Assembly: GCA_903835555.1 (NCBI GenBank)
Contig: CAILNN010000007.1
Coordinates: 16,342-80,341 of the forward strand
DNA length: 64,000 bases
Direction of reading: 5' to 3'
From: an uncultured Verrucomicrobiota bacterium
GTDB taxonomy: Bacteria; Verrucomicrobiota; Verrucomicrobiia; Limisphaerales; UBA9464
Both the position numbers and the translations under genes were made by a program. Positions 8,409 through 18,271 of the stretch are shown here, piece by piece; within the stretch, counting starts at the first letter, position 1, and each line of letters opens with the position of its first letter. The notes beneath the pieces were generated by a model, which did no database searches, was not told where the DNA came from, and was given only the letters and a program-made list of their open reading frames with translations.

Positions 8409-11108
8409 ATGCCTTTTCTGACGCAAGCCCTGATCGCCGGTGTCATGCCACGAAATCGGAAATTTACCCTTTCGGTGTTGCTGCTGGCTTTCGTTCTGGC
8501 CGTTTGCTCTTTGACGATCGCGGCGAGGAGCGTGTTCTTGCTTCAGAACCTCTCCGAGACATTGGATGAAAAGGAAAACAGCGTCCGAGAAAACGCAGTC
8601 TGGTCGGCCTTTACCATCGAACGCGAGACGGGTGAACTGGAGCACGCCCTTAAGCTTTTCCGCCACAAAATACAAGGGACCACGGAATCCGATTTATCCC
8701 AACGCCTGGACATCCTACTCAGTAGCCATCCAAACCTGTTCGTGGCCAATCTAAAGGAACCGTTTAATTCTAACACTGAATACACCAACATGGTGGGTGG
8801 AGTGATTAGTCGGCTACATGATTTGGAAAACAAATATGGGAACACTTTTGAAAACGGTCCCGTTGACGAAGCGACGCTTCAATCCCTATCCACAGATGTA
8901 AGCGACCTCCGTGAAATGACCAAGGTCATGGCCAGTCTAACCAATGACATTCAGGAAGCAAAGAAGGCTCAAAATCGAAAAGAAACCCGGAAGCGCTTTT
9001 CGACTCTTATTTTCCAGATCACTGAAGTGGCAACACTCCTATGCATCGTGGTGGGACTTATGGCAAGGCAATTGTCGAAAACGCGCAAGACCAATGAGAA
9101 ACTCGAACAACTGAATATAAAGTTAGGGAACGCAAACACGCGTTCGGAAGAAGCCGCCGCCGAGGCACAAGCGGGATCGCGGGCCAAGACGGTATTTCTG
9201 GCGGTAATGAGTCATGAAATCCGAACTCCATTGAATGGGATTATCGGCAACGTGGACCTTTTGGAGGGGCCAAACCTCAATCGGGACCAGCGAGAATCCG
9301 TGGAAACTATTCGGGAATGCGGCACCTCGCTATTGGAATTGATTGACGATGTCCTTGATTTTACCAGGTTGGAGGCCGGTTTGATCAAGTTGGAAAATCG
9401 GCGTTTTGAATTGGGGACCGTCATTGAATCAGCCGTGGATATCGTCTCGTACAGAGCCAGGGCCAAGGGTTTGGGATTGATCGCACTCTATCCGAGAGCG
9501 CTTTTGGATGGAGATGAGGTGCGTATCCGTCAAATTTTGGTCAACCTGTGCGCCAATGCCATCAAGTTCACCGAGCACGGTGATGTGGTTATCTCGGTTC
9601 AACGCATCGCCGAGGAAGCGGGACGCGCATGGCTTCGTTTTGAAGTCCGAGATACGGGGATAGGGATTCCCAAGGATGCACAGTCAAAACTCTTTGAAGA
9701 ATTCAAGCAACTCGATGCCTCTATCAAGCGCAAGTATGGCGGGTCCGGCCTTGGTTTGGCGATATGCCGACGTCTCATCACGGCGATGGAGGGCAAGATT
9801 GGAGTTGAAAGCGATACCGGAAAGGGAAGCTGCTTCTGGTTTAGCCTGCCGATTGCAGAGGAAATTCCAGTCGCTCCGATAGACATAATATGGCCGACAG
9901 AAACGCTCAGACTTGCGACGATATCCCCGATGGCCGGTGAAGTGATGCGGCGCGAATGGGGTGAATCTCGAATGATACCGTATCGGGCGACTGACCAGAA
10001 CGCAGTGAATCCGTCAAGCGAATGGGCGATGATCGATGTCCGCAATCTTAGGAGTACCACAGTTTCGGGAATCGACCCAACCAGAATGCTGGTATATGGT
10101 TATGAGGCAGGAAAATACCATGAGGCAGCCGTGGTCGTGGACGGGCCCCTCACCACTCGCAGACTTCAGCAGGCTTTGGAGTCACCACAAAAAATGCGGC
10201 GAGAAGTGGAAGCCCAAATGCCTCGTGACCATCCTATGCTTCTTCGGGGGAAGGTTTTGTTGGTCGAGGACAACCTTGTCAATCAGACGGTGGCGACCAA
10301 GCTTCTCCGCAAACTAGGGCTGACTGTCGAAGTAACGGAGGACGGTGCGCAGGCAGTCGAGCGGCTTGAAAAAGGCGCAGTTGATCTCGTCATCATGGAC
10401 ATGCAGATGCCCGTAATGGATGGATTGGAAGCAACCCGGAGAATTCGGAAACTCCGTCCCGATCTGGCTTCGATTCCGATTGTTGGACTTACTGCCAATG
10501 CATTCGAATCCGATCGAGAGGATTGCTTGAATGCGGGTATGAATGACTTTTTTTCAAAACCGGTCAACCGCGAGATGCTGGAGGCGATGGTGGTGAAATG
10601 GTGTTCCAATAATCGTCTGTCTCGAGACGCAGGCGCAGAATTGGTAGGTGAGCCCGATCATTTTGAAAACGCGACCTGTTCATCGTTACAAACATTGCAT
10701 TTGAATGGCCGCGTCGTTCAGGCAGACCTAGCAGCGACTCAAGAGTCTAATCATTCCGATACACCGGCCAACTCAAATCCATTCGTAGACTGGAAGCGCC
10801 AACAATCGATTGCTGAAGACCTCGGACCGGAAATGGTCGTCGAATTGGTTGAACTCTTTTGGAAGGACTTCGAGCAATTGCTCGCCGAGCTAAAACAACC
10901 AACTGCCTTGTCGGATTCGGAGTCGACCCGGCGGGTTTTCCACACGATCAAGGGAACATCAGAGGCCGTGGGTTTCACGGCAATTCTTGAAGCGGCGTCG
11001 GCCACACGCGATACGTATTTGAAACTCGGTATACTTGACCTGACACCCCTACAAAATGCGAAAGCGGCTACGCGGCAGTTTTTGGAGCAGGTTGCGGCTT
11101 CGGGGTGA
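8409..11108 (+). CDS. Hybrid sensor histidine kinase / response regulator with C-terminal Hpt domain
   Basis: Two TM segments flank a sensor domain of about 160 aa. It has an H-box (MSHEIRTPLNGI), HATPase motifs (DTGIGI, GGSGLGLAI), a REC domain (LLVEDNLVNQ...DLVIMDMQMPVMDG...KP) and an Hpt motif (HTIKGTSEAVG). Confidence 0.9.
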   Translation: MPFLTQALIAGVMPRNRKFTLSVLLLAFVLAVCSLTIAARSVFLLQNLSETLDEKENSVRENAVWSAFTIERETGELEHALKLFRHKIQGTTESDLSQRLDILLSSHPNLFVANLKEPFNSNTEYTNMVGGVISRLHDLENKYGNTFENGPVDEATLQSLSTDVSDLREMTKVMASLTNDIQEAKKAQNRKETRKRFSTLIFQITEVATLLCIVVGLMARQLSKTRKTNEKLEQLNIKLGNANTRSEEAAAEAQAGSRAKTVFLAVMSHEIRTPLNGIIGNVDLLEGPNLNRDQRESVETIRECGTSLLELIDDVLDFTRLEAGLIKLENRRFELGTVIESAVDIVSYRARAKGLGLIALYPRALLDGDEVRIRQILVNLCANAIKFTEHGDVVISVQRIAEEAGRAWLRFEVRDTGIGIPKDAQSKLFEEFKQLDASIKRKYGGSGLGLAICRRLITAMEGKIGVESDTGKGSCFWFSLPIAEEIPVAPIDIIWPTETLRLATISPMAGEVMRREWGESRMIPYRATDQNAVNPSSEWAMIDVRNLRSTTVSGIDPTRMLVYGYEAGKYHEAAVVVDGPLTTRRLQQALESPQKMRREVEAQMPRDHPMLLRGKVLLVEDNLVNQTVATKLLRKLGLTVEVTEDGAQAVERLEKGAVDLVIMDMQMPVMDGLEATRRIRKLRPDLASIPIVGLTANAFESDREDCLNAGMNDFFSKPVNREMLEAMVVKWCSNNRLSRDAGAELVGEPDHFENATCSSLQTLHLNGRVVQADLAATQESNHSDTPANSNPFVDWKRQQSIAEDLGPEMVVELVELFWKDFEQLLAELKQPTALSDSESTRRVFHTIKGTSEAVGFTAILEAASATRDTYLKLGILDLTPLQNAKAATRQFLEQVAASG

Positions 11109-11110
11109 TG

Positions 11111-11842
11111 CTATTTTTTAACTTCCTTCATCAGCGCTTCCAATTGTTCGCCGGAAAGGGCTTTGAGGGCAGCCTTCAATTGATCCGGGGTCATTGCCGC
11201 ACTCGGGGCAGCCCCGCCACCGACCATGACCGGCATCTTCATTAAATCGTCGGGATTCCAGTATCCAGACTTAGCGGCGGTATCCTTGATCACGGTTGAG
11301 ACCATGTCCACAGACACCATCGGGGCTTTGTTACCCCAGGCGTTCCGGACATAGCTGAGGACATTGGCGATATCCTCCGGAGTCAGGCCGGCCGGATTAT
11401 CTGCGGTTTTGGCTTGGGCAGGCATCTGATTCTGCCCCCAAGCAGTGCCGTTCACTTTAACGGGACCTTCGAGTCCATGAAGGACGATGCGGATAATTCG
11501 GCTGGGACCTTCGGTGGTTACCCAATCCGAACCAGCCAAAGGAGGAATCCCACCACCGGGGTTGCCGTTCCCATCGGCTTGGTGGCAAGCAATACAAACG
11601 GCGGCGTAGACTTTGGCTCCCTTCTTGATGGTTTCGGCGTTGGGGTCCAAGGCAGCAACCACTGGTTTAGCCGGACGGCCATGGGGAATTTCGCTAAATT
11701 CGTCCGAATCAAAACGGCCACTGTATTTCCCAACGTAGAGACCGCCCCAAATCAACAGCGAGGCACTGCCAATCAAGAGCGACAGATTCAATGAACCGAA
11801 ACCGGGGCTACCGATCTTGGGGGTAGAGGAAAAAATCTTCAT
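11111..11842 (-). CDS. Membrane-anchored mono-haem class I cytochrome c (CcoP-position subunit)
   Basis: It has an N-terminal TM segment and CIACHQADGNG...PPLAGSDW...MPA...YVRNAWGN. Its ATG overlaps the upstream stop (ATGA at 11839-11842). Confidence 0.8.
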   Translation of the reverse strand: MKIFSSTPKIGSPGFGSLNLSLLIGSASLLIWGGLYVGKYSGRFDSDEFSEIPHGRPAKPVVAALDPNAETIKKGAKVYAAVCIACHQADGNGNPGGGIPPLAGSDWVTTEGPSRIIRIVLHGLEGPVKVNGTAWGQNQMPAQAKTADNPAGLTPEDIANVLSYVRNAWGNKAPMVSVDMVSTVIKDTAAKSGYWNPDDLMKMPVMVGGGAAPSAAMTPDQLKAALKALSGEQLEALMKEVKK

Positions 11843-12492
11843 TTGGATGCCTCCTCGGAGGGAACGGGAAGCAATGCTTCCGGAACTTCAACCGATGTAT
11901 GGAGGCTCTTGAGATAGGCCGCCAATTGATAGGCGGCCAAAGTTGGCACCACTTCTTCACCCACAGCAGGAGCAGCGGTGCCTTTCAGAACCAAAGCCTC
12001 CGCAGATGGACCGGAAATACGAACCGAGCGATGATCAAAGAGGAAAGGAAGCGGGGGACAGATGGTATTGGAGACCACGAGTTGCGGATTGAAAAGTCGG
12101 GTCAATGGGAATGCATTGGTACCCAAGCGTTCACCGTAGTTGGCCAAGTCCGGGCCCAAGCGATTATCACCCATCTGAACGGGCTCATCGTAGATATAAT
12201 CCCGTGCTACGGAGCGTCGACGCCCCCAACCTCTCGCGATATCGTTTCCGCCGTCCACTGGTCTAACCTGCTGAGTATGACAAGCGACACAACCGAGGGA
12301 GACATAGACCTGACGGCCTTGGGCGGCCTCACCGCTGCGAGCAGTCGGATACTGATAGGCCATCCCGGCATCATTAGTGCCGAGGTAGATCGGCAGATTG
12401 GATAGCTGGCGCTGAGGGTAGGCCACCATCCCCCACCATGACGCCGAAAACGCGGTCAAGACTCCGCAGAAAAGCAAGGCTCCGTGTTTCAT
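11839..12492 (-). CDS. CcoO/FixO-like mono-haem cytochrome c subunit
   Basis: The sequence GRQVYVSLGCVACHTQQVRP...GPDLANYG...LFNP matches the CcoO pattern. It starts 2 nt after the upstream stop. Confidence 0.75.
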   Translation of the reverse strand: MKHGALLFCGVLTAFSASWWGMVAYPQRQLSNLPIYLGTNDAGMAYQYPTARSGEAAQGRQVYVSLGCVACHTQQVRPVDGGNDIARGWGRRRSVARDYIYDEPVQMGDNRLGPDLANYGERLGTNAFPLTRLFNPQLVVSNTICPPLPFLFDHRSVRISGPSAEALVLKGTAAPAVGEEVVPTLAAYQLAAYLKSLHTSVEVPEALLPVPSEEASK

Positions 12493-12494
12493 CG

Positions 12495-13931
12495 TTACTT
12501 ATTATGCACGGCGGCGGTTTGATTTGGAGCCAAAACCCAGTCGAGAACTGGCTTTCCAAACGGAATTAGGAAATAACCAACAGCCACCAAAAGATTCGCC
12601 AAAAGGGCAAATTGGGAGCCAAGGAAGACAAGCAGGCCAAAAGCATGCAACCCGAGCCATGGCTTGAGGTTCTGAACGACCGTGACAATGGGCGTTTGGG
12701 AATTTAGTTCCCAACCCTGGCACCAACCGCCTACAAGAAGTGGAATCACGACAATGCCTACCCCGAAAATCGAGCCCGCCACGTGTAAGAACGAGAGGAT
12801 GGGAAACGGCAGCTTCCGTCCCAATAAGCGAGGAACCGCCACATAAATACCTGCAAACAGGGCCAAAGCAATAAAACCGAAGAAGGTCAATTGCTGCAAA
12901 CCGGTGAAAAACTCGGTATGCTGAAGAACTTCACGGGCGCAACGAAAACTAGTCAAAGCGGTCGCCAAGCCGGAAATCGTGAACGAGATTCCACTGAAGG
13001 TGGCCAAGAATAGCCCTGGAGAAGAAAGTAGAACACGAAGTTGAGGCGAGGTATGGAGACTGAGGCTGATGTGCACCGTCGGGATGATCAACAAAACCCC
13101 GGATGCCACAGCCAAGGTAGGTATCCATGCGGGAACTGGGCCGCCGACGAGTGAACTCCCAGCAGTCCAGCCAGATAGAATCAGCCAGGTCCAGAAGCCG
13201 ATAGCTTCATAAAAAGGTTGCCGCGACGCCCGACCGGACAATTCTGGAAGAATGGAGTATAACCCACCCAAAGCAATTGGCGTCAACCAGCCCAGGAGAA
13301 TTGCTTGTCCGTACCAACCCGCAATGATCGCCTGCAACACCCCGCGAACCGGCCAGTAAACAAGAGTCACTTCACCGGTAGCGAACGCCCAAGGAAACCA
13401 AAAGAGTGCCACCAGCAGGTAGGCTTGCGCCGTTGAAAAGCGCTTCTGGCTACGGCGGAAAAACAGCAGCGTACCGATGACTGCGAGTGTGATGTAGGAC
13501 AGGAATAGGAGAGGGACAACTTCCTTGGGAAGTTCCAACCAGCGATAGGCAACGCCTTGGCCGACCAAAATTCCGGGAACCCCAAACGTCAATGCCACGT
13601 TCCAACTAGCCACAGCGATAATGGCCAACCCACCAGCAGGCAGCGGACGTTCACCCAAGCGGGCCAAAAGCCAGAGGGTCAATGCCATGCCTGCCTGACC
13701 GGCAAAACCGTAAATCAAGGATGCATTGGCAGCGCCCTGAACCCGTCCTATGGACAAGAAGGCAAATTCGGCACCGAGGGTAGGGAATTGTAGTTTGACA
13801 GCGGCCACGAGGCTGAACACCAATCCAACCAGCAACCAAAGCAACCCGCTGCCGAAGAGATACAGGACGGGGCCTGCCGATCGAAGTTCGGAAGTGTCGC
13901 CGCGAACAGAAAATGAAGGACTAGACGACAT
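12495..13931 (-). CDS. Haem-copper oxidase subunit I (CcoN)-like 12-TM protein lacking the canonical His ligands
   Basis: The helix-by-helix motifs resemble CcoN (IGRVQGAANASLIYGF, AGWYGQAILLGW, GWTAGSSLVG, FTGLQQLTFFGF), but His is absent at all ligand positions. See findings. Confidence 0.75.
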   Translation of the reverse strand: MSSSPSFSVRGDTSELRSAGPVLYLFGSGLLWLLVGLVFSLVAAVKLQFPTLGAEFAFLSIGRVQGAANASLIYGFAGQAGMALTLWLLARLGERPLPAGGLAIIAVASWNVALTFGVPGILVGQGVAYRWLELPKEVVPLLFLSYITLAVIGTLLFFRRSQKRFSTAQAYLLVALFWFPWAFATGEVTLVYWPVRGVLQAIIAGWYGQAILLGWLTPIALGGLYSILPELSGRASRQPFYEAIGFWTWLILSGWTAGSSLVGGPVPAWIPTLAVASGVLLIIPTVHISLSLHTSPQLRVLLSSPGLFLATFSGISFTISGLATALTSFRCAREVLQHTEFFTGLQQLTFFGFIALALFAGIYVAVPRLLGRKLPFPILSFLHVAGSIFGVGIVVIPLLVGGWCQGWELNSQTPIVTVVQNLKPWLGLHAFGLLVFLGSQFALLANLLVAVGYFLIPFGKPVLDWVLAPNQTAAVHNK

Positions 13932-13938
13932 CCCAATC

Positions 13939-14307
13939 CTATTCGTAGGTCACTGCTTTGGTGGAATTTTCCAAACGCTTGAGAAGTTTGGCGCGAGCCT
14001 CCGAGTTGCCCTCCCGGGCTTCATTGGCAAACACTTCCAAGGCACGGGAAACGGGAAGCCGATAGACGCCGTTGTCGGCTTTCAGCACGGCGTAGTGGGT
14101 TAACGCGTCAGCATTCTGAGCTTGAAGCTCAGTCCAAAGTTTCTTCCGTTCCTCCGCCCGCGCCGTCCCAAGAGGAGTCGGTTGACCGGAGTTGACGAGG
14201 TACAAGGCAAGAAGCCCAACGACCAGAAGCGAACCGAGACCACCCAGCACCCAAGCGATGGAGGCTGAAAGGGCTTCGGAACGTGGAGTGCGATCATTCA
14301 TAAGCAC
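13939..14307 (-). CDS. Small single-TM protein of the ACIII/oxidase operon
   Basis: It is 122 aa with one TM segment (IAWVLGGLGSLLVVGLLALYLV) and a charged helical C-terminal half. It is wedged 15 nt after actF and 7 nt before the CcoN-like gene. Confidence 0.6.
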   Translation of the reverse strand: MLMNDRTPRSEALSASIAWVLGGLGSLLVVGLLALYLVNSGQPTPLGTARAEERKKLWTELQAQNADALTHYAVLKADNGVYRLPVSRALEVFANEAREGNSEARAKLLKRLENSTKAVTYE

Positions 14308-14322
14308 TTGAAAGAAGCTCAG

Positions 14323-15606
14323 TTAATGAGAAGCAGGACCCGCAGAGGTTTCCGGCACGGGATGATAGGTGAGGGCTTCCTTGAGACGCGGATGGCGAAG
14401 GGGATAAGGAGGAAAGGAGCGGAAACTCTTCCACCACGCGAATCCGAGCAGAAAAGCCATCCCTCCCCAGCAAATTGGGTCAAATATCGTGACATGAAGG
14501 CCTTTGGGATAAAGAACCGGCATGACATTGAAGGTCATGTCGACGTAATGCATGAGCCATGCCCAGATTACAATGGGCCCCATGACCGTCATGCTTTGTT
14601 TGGCGTCGATTCTCAGGAGAAGGAGGAATGGAACAAAGAAATGGCCGAAAAGGATCAATAGACCGACATCCCACCAACTGCCTTCCTCACGCTTCACATA
14701 CCAAAAGGTCTCTTCTGGAATCGCGGCGTTCCAAATCAGGAAGTACTGGGAGAAGTGGATGTAGGCGTAGAAGACGGTAAAGGCGAAGAACAAGACACCG
14801 GAATCGTGGATATGACGCTTGGCGACAATGCCCTTGAGTTCCCGAGTTTGGAGCCATCGGGCAATGGCATAAATGGTGGCAAGAGTCACCCAGAAACTTC
14901 CAGCAAAGTAGTAAACACCATACATGGTGCTGAAGAACTGATGCATCAGCGATTTCATCAGGAGGAAGCAGGCGAGTGTCAGGGTGACGGCGAAGGCGTA
15001 AATGCCCCATGCAGCAAGAAAGCGTGCCTTTTGAGTCCAAATCGCCTTGCCATCTTTGTCCTGAGCCAGAGAGAAGCGTCGGAAGGTATGGGACATCCAG
15101 CCCCAAAACAGGAGAATCACAACCAAGAGCAGGTTGAATGAGTAGGAATTAAACAGAATCCGTTTCACCCCAAGAGCATGGTCGAGATTTGGGTCCAAGC
15201 TCATCCATGGATAGATGGACTTTTGCAGAGCCAATATCGGAAGCAGCAAGACCAACATCCAGGGAAAAAACAAGCATGCCATGTTTTCGGCAATCCGTAG
15301 CATTGGGACACTCCAAGCCGCATCAAATAGGTGGTGAATGATCAGGTAGAAAAGAGCTCCGACACACAGGCTCAAGCAGAACATGTAGGCGGTGAGGTAG
15401 CTATAGCCGATCTGAGCGACCAGGGTCGGTTCCACGGCTTCTTCTGATTCGCCATGACCAGCGGCGGCAACCTCCGCGCTTTGGAAAGTGGCGGTATTCG
15501 TTTCAGCCTTAGCTTCAGCGGCCAAGACTGAACGGGCGGAGGTAATCAAAATTCCGGCACAGGCCAACAGCACCCAGCAACGTTTAATGAAAGAGGTAAG
15601 GTTCAT
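14323..15606 (-). CDS. actF: Alternative complex III subunit ActF (quinol:cytochrome c oxidoreductase membrane subunit)
   Basis: It is a polytopic membrane protein in the ActF position, directly after actE, and about 420 aa long. Confidence 0.8.
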   Translation of the reverse strand: MNLTSFIKRCWVLLACAGILITSARSVLAAEAKAETNTATFQSAEVAAAGHGESEEAVEPTLVAQIGYSYLTAYMFCLSLCVGALFYLIIHHLFDAAWSVPMLRIAENMACLFFPWMLVLLLPILALQKSIYPWMSLDPNLDHALGVKRILFNSYSFNLLLVVILLFWGWMSHTFRRFSLAQDKDGKAIWTQKARFLAAWGIYAFAVTLTLACFLLMKSLMHQFFSTMYGVYYFAGSFWVTLATIYAIARWLQTRELKGIVAKRHIHDSGVLFFAFTVFYAYIHFSQYFLIWNAAIPEETFWYVKREEGSWWDVGLLILFGHFFVPFLLLLRIDAKQSMTVMGPIVIWAWLMHYVDMTFNVMPVLYPKGLHVTIFDPICWGGMAFLLGFAWWKSFRSFPPYPLRHPRLKEALTYHPVPETSAGPASH

Positions 15607-15612
15607 GGCCGG

Positions 15613-16260
15613 TTATTTGAGTTTCTCGAGAACGGGTGCAGGCACATCGTCTTTGCTGCCCAAGCGGCTTAATTGAATAGCGCGCAAATAGGCGACTATG
15701 GCCCATCGATCGGGAACGGGAACATTGCCGCCGTATCCCATCATGGTGTTCTTCCCGTAGGTGATGGTATTGAAGATTTCCCCGTCATTCATCTTGATGA
15801 TGCGTGGGTCGTGAAGATTGGCGACGGTGGACATGCCGAGCTTCTTGGTAATTCCATTGCCGTCTGCCTGAGCACCGTGACAGGGCTGGCAATAAATTAA
15901 GTAACGGTCCTGTCCGCGTTTGAGCAACTCGGAAGTAATGGGAACCGGGTTTACCTCGACGAAATTGTTAGGGATATCGCCCTTGGAAAAATCGCGTCCG
16001 GTGTTGAACGGATCATTTTTCCAGGTGGTATTATCCTGATATCCAACTTGTTGAGCCACGGTGCCAGCGGGAAAAGGACGGGATGAAACACCATCGGCAA
16101 ATCCCGGGAACGTGCTGTCCGTTTGCGGCCTCAGTTTGGCTTGGTTCTTCATGTCATTGAAGACCTGCAGCGGCGTCCGAGTGGAATACCCGCCACGGAA
16201 GCCGGTGATACCAAGCGTGGCCGCTATCGACAGGAAGAAGAAGAGAAAGAAGTAGCGCAT
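15613..16260 (-). CDS. actE: Alternative complex III mono-haem cytochrome c subunit ActE
   Basis: It has a single CQPCH motif and an N-terminal hydrophobic anchor. A 1-nt TAATG-type overlap joins it to actD. Confidence 0.85.
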   Translation of the reverse strand: MRYFFLFFFLSIAATLGITGFRGGYSTRTPLQVFNDMKNQAKLRPQTDSTFPGFADGVSSRPFPAGTVAQQVGYQDNTTWKNDPFNTGRDFSKGDIPNNFVEVNPVPITSELLKRGQDRYLIYCQPCHGAQADGNGITKKLGMSTVANLHDPRIIKMNDGEIFNTITYGKNTMMGYGGNVPVPDRWAIVAYLRAIQLSRLGSKDDVPAPVLEKLK

Positions 16261-16793
16261 TAGTCCTCCACAAGTTCAATTGCCTTGGCTCCAGCCGACT
16301 CCAGCAGCGCGCGCGCATCGGAGAATTTAGCATCCCGGGCCTCGATGCAGAGAAAGAAACGGTCGTCCGAGGCACGTTTGAACCGTTCGCTGTTAAACAG
16401 CGGGTGATGAAGACGGGGAAGTTGATTTAAGGCAAACATGCCGAAAATCGTTCCAAAAGCTCCCAACAGAATGGTCAGTTCATAACTGACCGGGAAGGCG
16501 AAGAGTGGGGTAAACAACGGTTTGCCACCGACGACCAACGGGTATTCAAAACCGTTCATGTACCAGATCATGGTCATGCCGGTGAAGAATCCGGTGAAGC
16601 CGCCGATGAAGGTGAACCAACCGACGGGCGAATTTTTCAGCCCCATGGCATCGTCCATGCCGTGAATGGGAAATGGGGTGAAGACATCCCAACGACGGTA
16701 ACCAGCATCTCGAACGCGGATCGCGGCTTCGAAGATATCGGCCGCTGTGTCGAATTCGGCCAGCAGTCCGTAGGGTTTAGGAGTAGAGCTCAT
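16260..16793 (-). CDS. actD: Alternative complex III membrane subunit ActD (DUF3341)
   Basis: It starts PYGLLAEFDT and has two TM helices. Size and position match ActD, and a 1-nt overlap joins it to actC. Confidence 0.85.
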   Translation of the reverse strand: MSSTPKPYGLLAEFDTAADIFEAAIRVRDAGYRRWDVFTPFPIHGMDDAMGLKNSPVGWFTFIGGFTGFFTGMTMIWYMNGFEYPLVVGGKPLFTPLFAFPVSYELTILLGAFGTIFGMFALNQLPRLHHPLFNSERFKRASDDRFFLCIEARDAKFSDARALLESAGAKAIELVED

Positions 16794-18271
16794 TAGTGAT
16801 GGGCTTCCTTGGCACCACCGAGAGGATGATGCGGGTCAGCTTGCGGGGTTACGCCCTTGACTTCGCTGATGGCGATGACGGGCAGGAAGCGGATAAACAG
16901 CAGGAACAAGGTCATGAACTGGCCAAAGCTTCCAACGAAAGTGAACACATCGACCCAGGTCGGGGTGAAATACCCCCAACTTGCGGGAAGGTAGTCGCGG
17001 TGAAGCGAGGTGACGATGATGACGAATCGTTCGAACCACATGCCGATGTTCACGACAATGGATACCAACCAAACGAACCACATGGTCTTGCGGCACCATT
17101 TGAACCAGAACAAGTGCGGGCTGATCACGTTGCAGGTGATCATGCTCCAGTAGGCCCACCAATAGGGACCGAAGGCGCGGTTTTTGAAAGCGTAGAGTTC
17201 GTAGGGGCTGCCGCCATACCAAGCGATGAAGAACTCCATCCCGTAGGCGTACCCGACCATGGAACCGGTGGCCAAGATGACTTTGCACATGAGGCCGACA
17301 TGGCGCTCGGTGATGACGTCTTCCAGCTTAAAGATCGTCCGCATCGGGATCATGAGGGTCAGCACCATGCCGAATCCCGAGAAGATGGCCCCGGCGACGA
17401 AGTAGGGCGGGAAGATGGTCGTATGCCAACCAGGAACCACCGAGACGGCGAAGTCAAAGGACACGATGGAGTGTACCGACAACACCAGTGGGGTGCTGAT
17501 ACCGGCGAGGATTAAATAGGCCTTTTCATAGTTCCGCCAGTGCCGGTTCGAACCGCGCCAGCCCAGCGCGAAAATTCCGTAAGCGATGGCTCGGATGCGA
17601 TTGGAGGCGCGGTCACGCAAGGTGGCGAGGTCGGGGATCAAACCAACGTACCAGAACAAAAGCGAAACCGTCCCATAGGTCGATACGGCAAACACGTCCC
17701 AGAGGAGCGGCGACCGGAACTGCGGCCAAATCATGTTCGAGTTTGGAATCGGGGCCAGAAAGAGGGGCGCATACCAGATACGTCCGACGTGAATAACCGG
17801 GAAGATGCCAGCGCAAGCGACGGCAAACAGGGTCATCGCTTCAGCGGCGCGGTTAATGCTGGTACGCCACTTTTGGCGAAGAAGGAACAAAACGGCTGAG
17901 ATCAAGGTTCCGGCGTGGCCGATACCGATCCAAAACACGAAGTTGGTGATGTCCCAAGCCCAAGCAACGGGATTGTTTAGTCCCCAAACGCCGACGCCAG
18001 TTGCAACCAGATAAGCGATCAGGGCATACATCAAACCCATCAAGCCGGCACTGCCGATGAAGGCGGGAAGCCACCAAGCCGGCATCGGGTTTTCGCAAAT
18101 GCCCGCAATTTTATTGGTGATCCAGCCGAGAGAACGATTGTTCAGTACCAACGGCGGATTAACCAACGCGGCAGGTGGGTCTTCAAGAACCACCGTCTTC
18201 GCCGGTGGGTGAGAATGGGCATGTCCAGTGGCGGCCTGGGCCGACAACGGGACGCTAGCGCTCTTGGCCAT
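16793..18271 (-). CDS. actC: Alternative complex III quinol-binding subunit ActC (NrfD/PsrC-like)
   Basis: It is a 10-TM NrfD-like protein. A TAATG overlap joins it to the actB stop at 18269-18273. Confidence 0.9.
   Translation of the reverse strand: MAKSASVPLSAQAATGHAHSHPPAKTVVLEDPPAALVNPPLVLNNRSLGWITNKIAGICENPMPAWWLPAFIGSAGLMGLMYALIAYLVATGVGVWGLNNPVAWAWDITNFVFWIGIGHAGTLISAVLFLLRQKWRTSINRAAEAMTLFAVACAGIFPVIHVGRIWYAPLFLAPIPNSNMIWPQFRSPLLWDVFAVSTYGTVSLLFWYVGLIPDLATLRDRASNRIRAIAYGIFALGWRGSNRHWRNYEKAYLILAGISTPLVLSVHSIVSFDFAVSVVPGWHTTIFPPYFVAGAIFSGFGMVLTLMIPMRTIFKLEDVITERHVGLMCKVILATGSMVGYAYGMEFFIAWYGGSPYELYAFKNRAFGPYWWAYWSMITCNVISPHLFWFKWCRKTMWFVWLVSIVVNIGMWFERFVIIVTSLHRDYLPASWGYFTPTWVDVFTFVGSFGQFMTLFLLFIRFLPVIAISEVKGVTPQADPHHPLGGAKEAHH

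Noticed and set aside
16796-17515. 239-aa ORF on the plus strand
   Set aside because: It is antisense to actC. Its Asp/Gly/His-rich composition is typical of a reverse-frame artefact.
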